Source of the DNA: Octopus sinensis
Taxonomy: Eukaryota
NCBI RefSeq assembly: GCF_006345805.1
Contig: NC_043004.1
Location: forward strand, 98,394,001-98,458,000
Length of the DNA stretch: 64,000 nucleotides
Direction of reading: 5' to 3'
The notes under the pieces were generated by a model. It was not told the DNA's origin. It saw nothing but the letters and a program-made list of their open reading frames with translations, and did not search any database. Below are positions 12,568 through 26,232 of the stretch, piece after piece. The position numbers and the translations under genes were made by a program. Position 1 is the stretch's first letter. Each line of letters begins with the position of its first letter.

Positions 12568-13777
12568 TGTTACGGAACGAGTGGGGAAAGCCTCCGAAAA
12601 CTGTTACGGAAATCCTCACACACAGGCCCGATTCGATCAGCGAATAAGCTACGGAAACTTGTCGGAGAGAGGAGAGGAGAGACACTGCAACAACACAACA
12701 ACCGCAGCAGCACAGAGATACAGAGGCACAACCCAGAGAGACACCCCAAAAGAGGCACAGAGGCAACAGAGACACTGGCTTATATTCAACAACAGTTTAT
12801 ATGACAATCAATTGCTACACATCAAATACATTTAAGGCAGACATTTAAAGGAAGACATGCACGTGACTACTCAATACATCATACAACAGATCAAAGCATA
12901 ATACAACAGCAATTCATGTAACAATACATCAGTCCAGAGACACAAGTCATATACAGTATTTCAAAGGTACACGTCCCAAGACACAGTTCTATTAAAGTCT
13001 GTTTCTACACATCACAGATAACGTCACATCAACAAGTCCTTTACTCAATTCTGAACATAAATACCACAACTCGATATCGACATATCGACAAGTCCTTGAC
13101 TGTTCTTTTCACTGTTCAATACATCGTGACACGTATCAATGCACAAACACATACCTCAATTCCTAATTGAATCGCCAGTGTCCCATTCTGCGCTCATCTC
13201 TGGATACTGCTAATTCCTCTGAATACTGCTAATTCCCCTCTGTGCCGCCAAGCTTTCTCGCATCCCAACTTGTTCCTAAAATTCCACTGCTTCTAAGATT
13301 CCATCTACTCGCTCTGACTTCCAGAATCCGACTGTCTTCTTCGAGGACCGGCCAGCGACTCCAAGATCCGTCTGTGTTCTTCGACGACCGCTCACCGACT
13401 GCCCAGAACCTCACTTCCTTGTCCTGACTTCCACTCCCTCCAATCTCCCTCTGTACCGCTCATACCCTCTCTAACTGCCCTGCTCCCTTCCTGCCTATCT
13501 CTATCCTCAATCTGTCCCTTACTGCTTATCCTTTCTATTTGCCCTCTGCTCTTACTCTATCGCTATCGCCTACTGTCCCTTAGCCTCTCTATCTGCTCTC
13601 AGATTCCCTTAATCTGTCCTCCTCTTTCACATTCTCACTGACCCTTTTCTCAACCGCACGGGGTCACAGGTCCTTCCAAAACCCATTAAACAAAGAACCC
13701 GTCAGCTTTCGCCCAGACATGCTGGTGCCACACCCACGATGTGGGTCAGAAATACTGCACTAGTTAAACCCGTAACA
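12568..13777. mobile_element. Solo LTR, probably Gypsy-type
   Basis: TGTTACGG...CCGTAACA inverted termini, 4-bp TSD ATAT (12564-12567 and 13778-13781), 1210 bp long, no coding content. Confidence 0.85.
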
Positions 13778-14594
13778 ATATGTACGGTATGTAAGATCTA
13801 AATAAAAATCAAAATTTCTTGAAATGTGTCGTATACTTATTTTTAATATGTACTAGCAGATTTGAACGCAAATAAGCTAGACTTATGAAGATATTTTTTT
13901 TACTTTTGAGGACCATGTATTCATAAAACACTCGGCTCATTCTGAAACATAGGTATTTCGACGTGTGTCTTGTGAAGTAGAAGTGCCAGGGACGTCGAGC
14001 CTATAGAGGTTGGTGACTTTTTCTTAATCTCAGCGAAGAAATTCTGCAAACCCTATATCAGCTTTTATAGAAACCAAATCATACATTATTGTCTTACAAA
14101 GGGAAGAATGCATTGGGTAATATGGTTTTGTATTTACACTGTCTCAAATGAAAACAATAATGTAATGGCCATGGCGTGGACGTTTTTGAGCAAAGATCTG
14201 TTCGATTAAGGACGTTTTGAGCAAAGATCTTTTCTATCAAGGCCAAATTTGACCTAAAGCGCAGCAACAACAACCCATCGGTGAAGTTAGACACAATAAG
14301 TCTGTGTATTTCACGAGTGATTGTTCATTACTTGTGCACATAGACTGTGGGATTCCTAAAGATGCGAGAAACGAAGCAACAGCAGTGGAAAGTGAGGAGG
14401 AACATAATTTGTTTCTGCTCTACCTAACACTATAAAAAGGCTGACAAGTTTAGATCTTTGAAATTTGATAAACCTGGAAGCTATAGCAGAGTTCAAGTGG
14501 GAGTAACAACAACATGTCTGTTGTCTACACAATGTGTACCGCTAAGTATATACTGCTATTTAGGATGATTTTGTAAGAAATAAAAATCAAAATA

Positions 14595-15006
14595 GGCGCA
14601 GGAGCGGCTGTATGGTAAGTAGCTTGTTTACCAACCACATGGTTCCAGGTTCAGTCCCACTGCGTGGCACCTTAGGTAAGTGTCTTCTACTATGGCCTCG
14701 GGTCGACCAAAGCCTTGTGAGTGGATTTGGTAGACGGAAACTGAAAAGAAGCCTGTCGTATATATGTATATATATATATATATGCATGTGTGTGTTTGTG
14801 TGTCTGTGTTTGTCCCCCTAGCTTTGCTTGACAACCGATGCTGGTGTGTTTATGTCCCCGTTACTTAGTGGTTCGGCAAAAGAGACCGATAGAATAAGTA
14901 CTAGGCTTACAAAGAATAAGTCCTGGGGTCGATTTGCTCGACTAAAGGCGGTGCTCCAGCATGGCCACAGTCAAATAACTGAAACAAGTAAAAGAGTAAA
15001 GAGTAA
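14595..15006 (+). mobile_element. SINE family B
   Basis: Full-length match to the other copies. Confidence 0.92.
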
Positions 15007-15544
15007 AACGAAGCAAACGTTTTAGGTATTCTAAACAAGTTTATTTAATTAGTTCAATTTTCCTTTAAAATATTCCAAACTTTGAAAAGTTTGGTTTCTC
15101 ATCTTCGACTAACAGTATCGATATATGTTATATCTTCTGGCCTACTGCAACTCACTACTTCGATTTCAATTTTTTTTTCACCATTTACTTGCCCAGAGCC
15201 AAAGCGACTGGATTTTACAGTAAAAAGATGAGAAAAATTCAGAAATTTTATCGTTTCCAGTCCTTGATGAATCATGGCGTTGAAAAGAATAAGTTCTGCT
15301 ATAAACCTTTCCTGTCACATATAGAATCGGTTGTTAACGAGTCATTAGTAAACTACAGAAGAGATCAGCATCAACACACCTCTGGCAACCCTCATACCAT
15401 TCTAGGAAACATACATCTTCTCGTTCATGCCATCAGAAAAGATAATGGAGCTTTACAATTGCAGATATTGTTCGCTACTACAACACAAGATCAATAAATC
15501 ATCGAAATTAATACATCTAGTGTATTATTATTACTATTACTATT

Positions 15545-15548
15545 ACTG

Positions 15549-15616
<68 letters not shown>
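15545..15616. repeat. (TAT)n microsatellite
   Basis: Visible; source of the poly-Y ORF. Confidence 0.95.
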
Positions 15617-15619
<3 letters not shown>

Positions 15620-16426
15620 AAAAGCAACAACAACAATGGCAATATTTATAGTTGTTGTAGTATTAGAGAAAGATATCTGAGATAGGTATCAACTTGTCAG
15701 ATAATCTCCATACAAAAGGAATAGATGTTTAAGAAATTCAGCTCAGAAGCTAGTTTATGAAGGTGAGGCTACATATATTTCCTCGGGATAATACCTTCAT
15801 TTGATAACTGTCTGTCCTCTGGCACAGTCACATTGATTTACTATGACAGACTACCAGGAGAAATGTCACACAAATATTGAAAGAAAATGATTAAATTTTG
15901 CTCTGCTTTATTTTCTTTACTTTCGAAAAAAAATTTTTTTTATTTTTGTTTTCTATTTTGTTTTTCTATTTTTATATAGCTGGTGTGAATGGCGAGGGTG
16001 GAAGGGGAGTGTTTATGACATTTCACTGCAGAGTTGTTTCTGCATATTTCTTTATTCTTGTTCTATACTTTACAGGTTAGAAAGAAAAAAAAAAGCAGTT
16101 TTTAAGATTTGTAGTAACACAAAGAACTTTTGATATGTATTGTATACCTACATTCATTTCTAAGTATTTTGTGTGCAGCTCAATATGTATGTACACTTGC
16201 ACGCATCCATACATACACACACACCCACAGACATACAGACACACATAGTCATACCTACAGATATTTGTGTGCATGTGTAAAAGTATAATAAATATGATAT
16301 ATATGATATATATACATGTATGTATATGCATATATTATATATTTTATAACCCTATACATGCACAAACACAAACACACATGCATATATATTATATATATTA
16401 TATTTATTAGACTTTTACACATGCAC

Positions 16427-16489
<63 letters not shown>

Positions 16490-16918
16490 CTGCAGGTATG
16501 ACTCTGTGTGTCTGTGTGTCTGTTGCGCGCGCGCGTTTACATACAGTCACGTGGCCTTTAGAGGCTTTCTATGTGTGATGAGATTTATACCATCGACATT
16601 TCGCTTTAAATGTTGCAAAGCGATGACTGGTAAGAAAATTATTCACTGGATGTGAGATGAGGATGTGGATTTCCAGAGAGTGACCATTCCGGGAAGAAAG
16701 AATAGTAGTTAGCACGGATCTTGGCTAGTTGGAACCAATGTTGTTAATGTAAGGAGAAACATGTAAATTGAGGATGCCCACTGTGGTGGAGATTCCTCCA
16801 GATTAAGCTGAGGCAATGAAAACAAGAAGCATCTCCGTTGGTCAGATGTAGAAATTTCCGTGACTTGTAACCAATTAATCGAATAGCTATTCTCTGGTTG
16901 AGAGCCATTACTCTAGAC

Positions 16919-17097
16919 CAGTGCTTTTCAAACTTTTTGTTGGAGCGGAAACCCAAGAAAACATTTCACTGGCTCGAGGAACCCCTGTGCAATAATTTAA
17001 TTGTCTTATGCACACATATCTGCACAGGAGAATTAAAAATTACTGTCGATTTTAGCATTTTTGTAACTTCTTGCGGAACCTTGGTTGAAAACCACTG
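16919..17097. mobile_element. hAT-Charlie-type MITE
   Basis: CAGTG..TTCAAAC / TTGAAAACCACTG ends, with 8-bp TSD CTCTAGAC at 16911-16918 and 17098-17105 (NTCTAGAN is the Charlie target). Confidence 0.88.
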
Positions 17098-17109
17098 CTC
17101 TAGACTCTA

Positions 17110-17357
17110 GAATCGCGGCCTATATGGCCCTTGGGGGGTTCGTATCAAATTTTGTTGCTAAAATTTATCTGCAATGAATTAGTTATACTGCCACATGATG
17201 CAAAATATTTTAACAATATTTTTATACAATTCCTAATAATATGTAATGACAAAAATATAATAGGATATTTTAAACATCGAATGTCTATGGTTGTCCATTG
17301 GAGTACACTAGGAATTAAATGGGATCCATAGGGAAAAAAAATCACTGAAAACCACAG
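17110..17357. mobile_element. Second, older Charlie-like MITE remnant
   Basis: Begins after TCTAGAA and ends TGAAAACCACAG followed by GTTTAGAG; internal ATATGGCCCTTGGGGGG is typical of the group. Confidence 0.4.
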
Positions 17358-17480
17358 GTTTAGAGAGTCTGTATGTAGCAGCAGTACTATTCCAGAGTCT
17401 ATAGTTGGAGCTTCATTGCTTTATATGATTAGGTATGGTTGTATTTATTATTAAAGAAGAACTCTTAAATAGTGATTTTA

Positions 17481-17645
17481 TTCTTTTACTTGCTTCAGTC
17501 ACTTGACTGTGGCCATGCTGGAGCAGTGCCTTAAAGGGTTTTAGTCGAAGAAATTGATCCCAGGACTTATTCTTTGTAAGCCTAGTACTTATTCTATCAA
17601 GCTCTTTTGCCGAACTGCTAAGTTACGAGGATATAAACACAGACG
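17481..17645 (-). mobile_element. SINE-B 3' half
   Basis: Tail and core only. Confidence 0.8.
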
Positions 17646-17689
17646 TACACACATAGATGTATATATATATATAAGAGATAATGGTGTCA

Positions 17690-18050
17690 TTGAGACCCAA
17701 AGGCCAGTAATTCGGGGAGAGGGTTAATTCCATTACATCGGAACCCTTTTCCCAGTGTTCAACTGGTACTTATTTTATCAATCTCGAAAGCATAAAACCG
17801 AAGTCGGCCTTGGCGGAATTTAAACTCAGGATGTAAAGACGTACGAAATGCCGCTAAGCATTTTGCCCGGCGTGTTAAAGATTTTGTCAGTTCGCCGCCA
17901 TATTGTTGGTATCTCTAATTTCAAATTTTGGCACGAGGCCAGTAATTTAAGTGGGTAAGTAGATTGCATCGAGCTCAGTGCTTGAATGATTTTTTATTTT
18001 ATCAACCCCGAAAACAGGAAAGGCAGAACGACCTCAGTAGAACATGAATT
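17690..18050 (-). mobile_element. Two degenerate SINE-A copies (alternative tail)
   Basis: CTGGTACTTATTTTATC, GGCGGAATTTAAACTCAG and GAAATGCCGCTAAGCATTT motifs. Confidence 0.7.
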
Positions 18051-18262
18051 AAGAAGACTCTCTCTCATTCTCTCTCTCTCTCTCTGTCTCTCAGTCTCTC
18101 TATCTATCTCTCTCTCTCTCTCCCTCTTTCTCTCTGAATCGGGTAAGGTAAAACCTAGTGACGGATGGGGTCTTTCGCTTACAACGGCGCGCCTAAGATT
18201 ATAAATGGTTTTGACGATCCAAAGCGGGTCAATATTTTTATATACACATATATAAATGTATG

Positions 18263-18312
<50 letters not shown>

Positions 18313-18318
18313 ATATAT

Positions 18319-18367
<49 letters not shown>

Positions 18368-19172
18368 CCTATGTCAGTATAGGTATATATAGATATATGT
18401 GTGTGTGTGTGCGTGCGCGTTTGTGTATTTGTGTTTGTGTGTGTGTGTTTGTATGTGTATATAAAGATGTGTAATTACGCATGCCCATATAAAAGAATCA
18501 TGCACACACTCTTACACGAACAAACACGCAAAAAACACACGAACCCAGTTTCGTATTATAAATCAAGTAAAAGTTGTTAGGTCAATCTCTCGGTGAGCAA
18601 AGAAACGTGTAGTAAAATTTCGAACATCTCTGTAAAACCAAAGAAATTCTGTATCATGTTTCCTCCTCCTTCTCGTTTTTACCTTACTTTCACCCGCCAC
18701 CACGGTTATCAGATAGCAATTCTTCGTCTATATGGCATGTTCGTTTTCCTATTCTGTATGTTTCCATTTCTTACAGTCTTAGAACCGTCATCGTTTTCTT
18801 AAAAGTCACTGCTTCTCCATTTACTCTCTTTTGACAATCATTCAGGTTTGATACGTGAAGGAAATAAGACATTTTTACAATTAATTCAATTGATTTCATA
18901 CAAAGCCGTTATTTGCAAGATATGTGGTTCTGAGAGACATAAAATCTACTCCGAAGATGTCAGCCAAGCTTCACAACGAAAGCCTACATCTCGCCGCTAT
19001 GTAGGTAACAATACTTTACAAAAGGCAAATGGGATTTCAGCATACACATAGATAATTTCTTTCACTCCAGTTTAACCTTCCTTTTTAACTTTCTCTTCCT
19101 TTCTATTAACCTCTTACAATCCTCTGCATCCTATATTACTCTCTCTTTCTCTCTCTCAATCCATCTATCAAC

Positions 19173-19204
<32 letters not shown>

Positions 19205-19422
19205 TTATATATGTATGTATGCCTGTATGTATGTATGTATGTATGTATATATGTATGTAAGTATGTATAGACACACAAGAAATAATTTTTGTCTCTTTCT
19301 ATGGAAACAAAAGGGTTTATAGGACTGCAAAAAAAAAACGAAGTGCTCAAATGTAATTGAGACATAGATAAAGAAACATTGATCATAGAACAAACATCAA
19401 ATATATATATACATACACATAT

Positions 19423-19551
<129 letters not shown>

Positions 19552-19915
19552 AAAAGAGAGAAAAATACACGTAATATAAAAAATGACGCATACAGAGATG
19601 GCTGCTCATCGTCTTAGAGCGCAGTCTACCATCACAACTATGTGTATCACTCAAGTACACGACAACACACAACTATCTCACACAAACCCACCAGCAATGT
19701 ATAGAGACCAAACATCACGAGAAACTTAGAGTTAGAGGGAAAATCATTAACGAAGTTACAGACTTGTGCTAAAAAAAAACTTGGCAAATCATTGAATTTA
19801 TTATAGATGTAAACTTGCACTAGTCTCTGTGATTTTATTGTCAGAACGACCCATTCAGAATACTGATATATATATATACATACATTCATACACACACACA
19901 CTTACAAACATGTAC

Positions 19916-19989
<74 letters not shown>

Positions 19990-20361
19990 TTTGTATGTTT
20001 CATCTCAAAGGTATGGCTTTCCACTCTACCTAAAGTTTTGTGTTCTATATCAGATATTTCCTTAATGTATTGATAAAATACCAGATATTTCCTGCATGTA
20101 AAAATATGTTTGGGTACACTCCCAAACATAGGCACAAACAAACACACACACACACACACTCATGCGTGTATGCATCCATTTCCGATATTTTGATATTATT
20201 TATCCCTAGTGGTACTTTCAATTATTATTTCAGCAGTGCTTAATAAATATGTGATATTCTACCGAACTATACATACACATATACAAACATAAATACATAA
20301 ATGAATACATACATGCATGCATGCATGCATGCATACATATATATATATATATATACATATA

Positions 20362-20592
20362 AGGCGGCGAGCTGGCAGAAATGTTAGCACGCCGGGCGAA
20401 ATGCGTAGCCTTATTTCGTCTGCCGCTACGCTCTGAGTTCAAATTCCGCCGAGATCGACTTTGCCTTTCATCTTTTCGGGGTCGATAAATTAAGTACCAG
20501 TTACACACTGGGATCTATGTAATCGACTTAATTCGTTTGTCTGTCCTTGTTTGTCCCCTCTATGTTTAGCCTCTTGTGGGTAATAAAGAAAT
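20362..20592 (+). mobile_element. SINE-A monomer
   Basis: GGCGGCGAGCTGGCAGAAATGTTAGC head to GGGTAATAAAGAAATA tail; ATACATATA flanks both ends. Confidence 0.92.
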
Positions 20593-21099
20593 ACATATAT
20601 ATATACATACGTACGACTTCTTTCTAAACTCAATATGTCCTTGCAAAACTTCGGAGGGTCCAAGAAGTTCCTGAACGTGAATTCTGCTTGTTTGGAGTGA
20701 GTAAAGTGTTGTGCAACACTGAATTTACTGTTCAGCCCAATCAACTGTAAAATCATAGTATAGGCACGACAGAGATGGAGACAACCAGAATCTAAATGTG
20801 TACATGTCTGTCTGTGTAAGAAAATGTGTCGTGTGTCTCTAAGTGTGTGCAAGTGAGTGTGTGAGTTGAGGTGCAGGGTGCCAAAATCATTGGAATCTCT
20901 AGAGGATAACTGATGGTTGTAACATTCCAACTGATGCGTGTAACATGCTCTGACTAAACTCTATAAATATCCAGGGCTGCAGGGTAATAATTGGCCTCTC
21001 CAAACAATAATTCAAATATTTCCATGAACTGTCTAAGATCGATACTGCACTTCATTGATTAGTAAATGCCTTTATTATTGGAGCTAAGTATAATATGAT

Positions 21100-21190
21100 G
21101 TAGTATTCGTTTCCGCTCTCTGAGTTCAAACCCCCATCGTATTCAAACTTGCCTTTCGTCTTTTCAGAATCGATAAATAAAATACCAGTC
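21100..21190 (+). mobile_element. Degenerate SINE-A fragment
   Basis: CTGAGTTCAAAC..GCCTTTCGTCTTTTC..CGATAAATAAAATACCAG. Confidence 0.6.
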
Positions 21191-22198
21191 AAGTCCTAAG
21201 GTCTATTCTTTTCAACACTCTCCTTCTCATTCTCTCCCTGCCACTCTCTACCACTTTCTCTTTGTCTGTGTTTCTCACCCACTCTCTCTCCCCCTCCCAT
21301 TCACACACATACACACACAGAGTCCCTCTCTTCGAGAAATTAACTGCATTGAAACCTCCAGAGATATGGGCTCTACCAACTTTACAATGTCCGAGACAGG
21401 CTGTGTCACGACGGTGCCTTTTCGACACCATCAGTGGTTAAAGATCTCATTGATTTCCCTTGACTAAAATCTTCCACTCCTGTCAAAAACTTCTCTCTGG
21501 AGCGAAGAAAATCGGTTCCTCTCGCAGACAGAATTCGTTTCTTTCATATAGACACCATCTCCAGTACCAAATTAAGAAACCACTGTCACCGTATATTGCG
21601 TTTATTTCCAGATAATCCTATATTTCGACCTATCTTTAGTTATCTTGATAGAATAAATGCTTACAGTTTCAATATTTCTGTCATTATTCATTTGTACTGA
21701 CGCAACAGAGGCCAAAATAATTGATAATAATAGCTTGTGACAGAACCATCAGTGCTAGTATGACAACTCACATTTTCAGGTAGTGGGAAATTCTTGGAAA
21801 GTTCTAATATATTTTATTTACCTTGTAGCCACTAATTTACAGGTGTTCGCACTGAACATTAACCACATCAGTCTCACTAGTCAGAGAATGACTGCAAAGA
21901 TAACTGACGATATTTTTTTCTTCTCTGTCTTCTTGAAAAAACAGTGCTTTAAAATTGGTGGAGACCTGACTAAATTGTTACTAGTGTAGATCTAATACGA
22001 GTTTATTTTCTTTCCCTTTGAGTTTTGCTTAGCAGAACACTCACGTCTATATTGAGTTGAACTGGCTACTGTTTAGTTTCAACTCATCCCTCATCGAATA
22101 AGACCGAATGAGTTCCATCATTGACCATCCTATCTCTTTGTTTGTGTATCAAAGACTACAATGTTTATTGTACATTTTTTTTATTTAAGACCTTGTCG

Positions 22199-22601
22199 TA
22201 TGCATGCATGTATGTCTGTATGTATGTATGTATGTATGTACGTATGTATGCGTGTATGTATGTATTATGTATGTATGTGTGCATGTATGTATGTATGTAT
22301 GTATGCGTGTATGTATGTATGTATGTATGTATGCATGTGTGTATGTATGTATGCATGTATGTATGTATGTATGTGTGTATGTATGTATGTATGTGTGTAT
22401 GTATGTGTGTGTATGTATGTATGTATGTGTGTATGTATGTGTGTATGTATGTATGTATGTGTGTGTGTATGTATGTGTGTATGTATGTATGCATGTATGT
22501 ATGTATGTGTGTATGTATGAATGTGTGTATGTATGTATGTATGTGTGTATGTATGTATGCATGCATGCATGTATGTATGTATGTGCGTGTGTATGCATGC
22601 A

Positions 22602-22642
<41 letters not shown>

Positions 22643-22650
22643 GTGTATGT
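22199..22650. repeat. Compound (TATG/TGTG/CATG)n microsatellite
   Basis: Visible; source of the MYVC/HTYI ORFs. Confidence 0.95.
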
Positions 22651-23509
22651 ATATCAGGAAACTAAACAGGGAACTCTTTATTGATTCCAAGTAGTTTTGA
22701 GGAATAAATAGCAAATTTTACTCAGATAATTTTCTGCTAATAAAATACGAACCTATCGATGGAGAGAAGCTTCTCTCTTCCCCGCAGTCATACAGGACTG
22801 CTGTTAAATATGTAAGATCTTTGTAATCTGTAAATCATCTTTAAAATGATATATTTCGTGGGTTTGCCACTAAGGTACATCTAACAATATTTTAATTTAC
22901 TTGTTTTGTTCTATGGATTGTTATACAATTTCCTGGTAGATACGTTGATAAATAGAATGTTAGACATTTTATTTGATTATGAAAGATATGATTTCATAAA
23001 AATACATTTTACAACTGTGGCATCTCAATTCAAAATTGTGTATTTACTTAGCAGTGTAATATAATTGATTGAGAAAAGTCAAAGCATTTTAAATGCTATA
23101 GGTGAACAATGAGTTAGGCAAAAGTATTGAGGTATTAGATTAGGCAGAGAATGAAAATGTTAATATTATTAGCCTAAGCTGTCTTGCAGGAACATTCTTG
23201 AGTAGAAGAAATACTGAAACGGATAAAGGAAATGATAAAATAGAATTAAAATTCTGTTAGGTTATTCACAGGAGAAATCCGTTTTATTTTTCGCTGGTGA
23301 AATGCTAAAGTATCTAATGGTCAAACAATTCTGAAGCAAGTACGGTCTGAAATTTTTAATATATTAGATATGAATGTTTGCAGCAGAATGAACTCCATTC
23401 TTTCAACAGAGATACAGCTGTGAGGTTAAAATTGCTATCATGTGCCAAAATTAGAAGCAGCAATTCTTATTATGAATATGGTAGAAATGCCACTGCATCC
23501 GATTAAATG

Positions 23510-23590
23510 CTAGTAGTATTTGTTCAGACTCTTAAGACTCTGAGTTCAAATCTATCCCAACTGACTTTGTTTTTTATCCTTTCGGGATAA
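23510..23590 (+). mobile_element. Degenerate SINE-A fragment
   Basis: CTGAGTTCAAAT..GACTTTG..ATCCTTTCGGG. Confidence 0.55.
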
Positions 23591-23765
23591 AATCTCCATT
23601 ACAGAGGCTTCCTTCATTTCTATGCTTAAGATCTTGTCACTTTTCACTATTCCCAGATATTTATGTGTTGCTTCCACACGCAACGAGTTAATGTTCTCAT
23701 CATAAGGTAGGGCTACCCCTGTATTTTTTATGATTTTCTTTGCTTCATCTTTATCATAATCCACT
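23590..23765 (-). mobile_element. Dong/R4-like LINE RT fragment
   Basis: GVALPYDENINSL..HKYLGIVKSDKI..EMKE resembles the GIxLPDG.I..L...YKYLGILE.D.I...MKE motif. Confidence 0.65.
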
Positions 23766-25390
23766 TCTCGATTTCGAATATCATCTCGATGTCATTGACT
23801 ACGTTTCCAACATTTTCTTGCGCCATATTCTATGAAAATATATTAATTTATTTCTTCTATGTCTTCATAGATATAATGGAATACCTGACTACAAAGAAAA
23901 CAAAGCAAGTGTGTAGCGTAGATAATTAGAAGCAGTTGGGGCTTTCGTTTCGTTTTATTATTACTTTATTTTATACTTTCGTATATATTTTATGAGATTC
24001 GGGGAAGGGGGAAAAACTATCTCATTTTTCTATTTTGTCTGTTTTTCTTTCTATTTGTCATTTTGTCATTGAAATATCAATTAGCATGAACAGAGATACT
24101 AGTAACAGTTATTAAAAACGTGCAAAATAGAACGCCAGATATAGTACAACAGATTATTTTTCTCGTGCTATGGGAGAAATTCTTGGGTAAGTACCTATTT
24201 TTTAGCTTTGTTACGCAATCATACAATCGAAAAGTAATATCTATGTCTTTCACATTAACTATGGTAGTATTTGAGGTGGTGAGATTTTTTCTAGTAATTA
24301 CTTTCATAATCTCCTTTCAGCAAAGCACTGCAACACATTATGTTACATATAAAAGATCCTATCATATTTTTATTTACTATGCAGATTGCTCCCTTGAGGT
24401 ATTTTTCTTTCAGTCATATTTTGAATGAAACACTCCTCGATTGCATATCTTCCACGCTAACAGCGTCGAGTGAATTGTATTTGCGTTTAGATTCATGGCG
24501 TCAATATTGGGAGTTTTTAGTTTCTATTTGCCACGGTCGTAGTCTAGCGTCGAGGATATATAAGAAACCACGACATTTTGTTTAAGTTAACATCATACCA
24601 ACCTTTCCCAATCCAGCTGCAAATTTTGGCTAAATTTGTAAAGGTAATTGGATAAAAAAGAGTTGCAAAAGTAGGTTGATTCTCAGAAACTTTATAAACC
24701 TATAGTTAATTACATGCCAAAGATATTTTGCTTGACAAGTGTAAACACTTACCCAAGGATATCATAAGCCTCACAGTAGCGCCAAACCTCTAAACGCAGT
24801 TATACCGCCCTTGTTCATTCACGCACCCTTACATAAGTCTGTTTGACTTTTAAACTAATGCACTGAGATATAGAAGAAAAAGACAGAAGTCTTCTCTAAT
24901 TATTAACGGCGTCAACACCAATAACAACAAATAATAATAGGCTATCAGTACGATACATCCGCCAAAAAACTATTTACTTAAACGTCTCAGAAACTTTTAG
25001 TTAAACTGTAAAGACTAGACACCCCGCTTAAATTTCACTTTGATAATCATATATAACTCGCAATGTAATCTAGAAGCTGGAACTGAAAGTAACATACACG
25101 CGCATACACGCACATTCAAGTCTACAAATGTATCAACACGCACGCATACACTTATACATATATAAAGATCCACAGAGGCATACAGTCAGACAGACAGCTA
25201 TGCAAATACACAACGTCACATTTAAATACGTAAAGACGCATCAAGACACGCACACACAAACACCGACAACCACCAACCAAAACCCCATTATCAAACTGTA
25301 CACAAATATGAATATATTTGAAAGCATGTTTAGCAAAGCAGAAAGGTTGGCGAGAGAAGATCAAAAAAAAAGAGAAAGACAGAGATAAAT

Positions 25391-25435
<45 letters not shown>

Positions 25436-26094
25436 AAGAAACAGAGAGAACGAAATGAATAATATTAATAAATAACTAGAAACATGTACATACACAGTAA
25501 TACACAGAAAATATAGCAAAACCAAAGTAAGAAAAATTTTGCAAACAAAACCAAAATGGCCGCCAATAAATTTTCTCTTCTTTCGTGATATTATATTTTT
25601 TCCTTTCTTCCCATTTTACATAATTTCATAGTTTCAGTTAAAATGGATTTTGTCATTGCAGTAAATTGTACTTAAGATTATGAATGTGACGTTTGTTTTC
25701 ATTCGTTTTATTTTCTATTATTTTCTCTTTGACATTTCATTTGGCGAAGTCAAAGAATATTAAATATAATCATTGATGAAGTTTAGATTTCATTTCAATT
25801 ACGATGTATTTTATATAATAGTAATATTAATAATACTAGCAATACACTTTCTTTATTTGTCTCAACTTCTATCAATGGTGATTTTATATATCACCCTTTC
25901 TCCTACTGCAGCACAACGAAACTCCTCGAATTATTGATTTCGTATCTCTTGTCGGTTATTTTATTTTACCAATGTTTGTGTGTCTATGTGTGAGCAAGAG
26001 TTTTCTCTTTTGTTCCTTACTTGTTTTTATTATTGCATTTTATTTATTTCTTTTCCTTTAAGATATTATTATTATTATCAAAACCGGTATCATC

Positions 26095-26167
26095 ATGATC
26101 ATCATCATTATTATTATTACTGTTATTATTATTTACAATAATATTATTTTTATTGATATTATTAATA

Positions 26168-26220
<53 letters not shown>

Positions 26221-26232
26221 TATTATTATTAT
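26095..26232. repeat. (ATT)n microsatellite
   Basis: Visible; source of the poly-N/poly-I ORFs. Confidence 0.95.

Noticed and set aside
14175-14235. Short tandem duplications (GGACGTTTTGAGCAAAGATCT twice; also ~29882-29912 and ~62938-62968)
   Set aside because: Ordinary slippage duplications with no further structure.
15189-15497. 102-aa ORF in non-repeat DNA
   Set aside because: No recognisable motif or convincing splice sites; the length is within chance expectation.
20624-20700. Short ORF ending at a strong GA|GTGAGT donor
   Set aside because: No acceptor or promoter evidence and no recognisable peptide.
22121-22714. MYVC/HTYI ORF cluster
   Set aside because: Read-through of a (TATG)n microsatellite.
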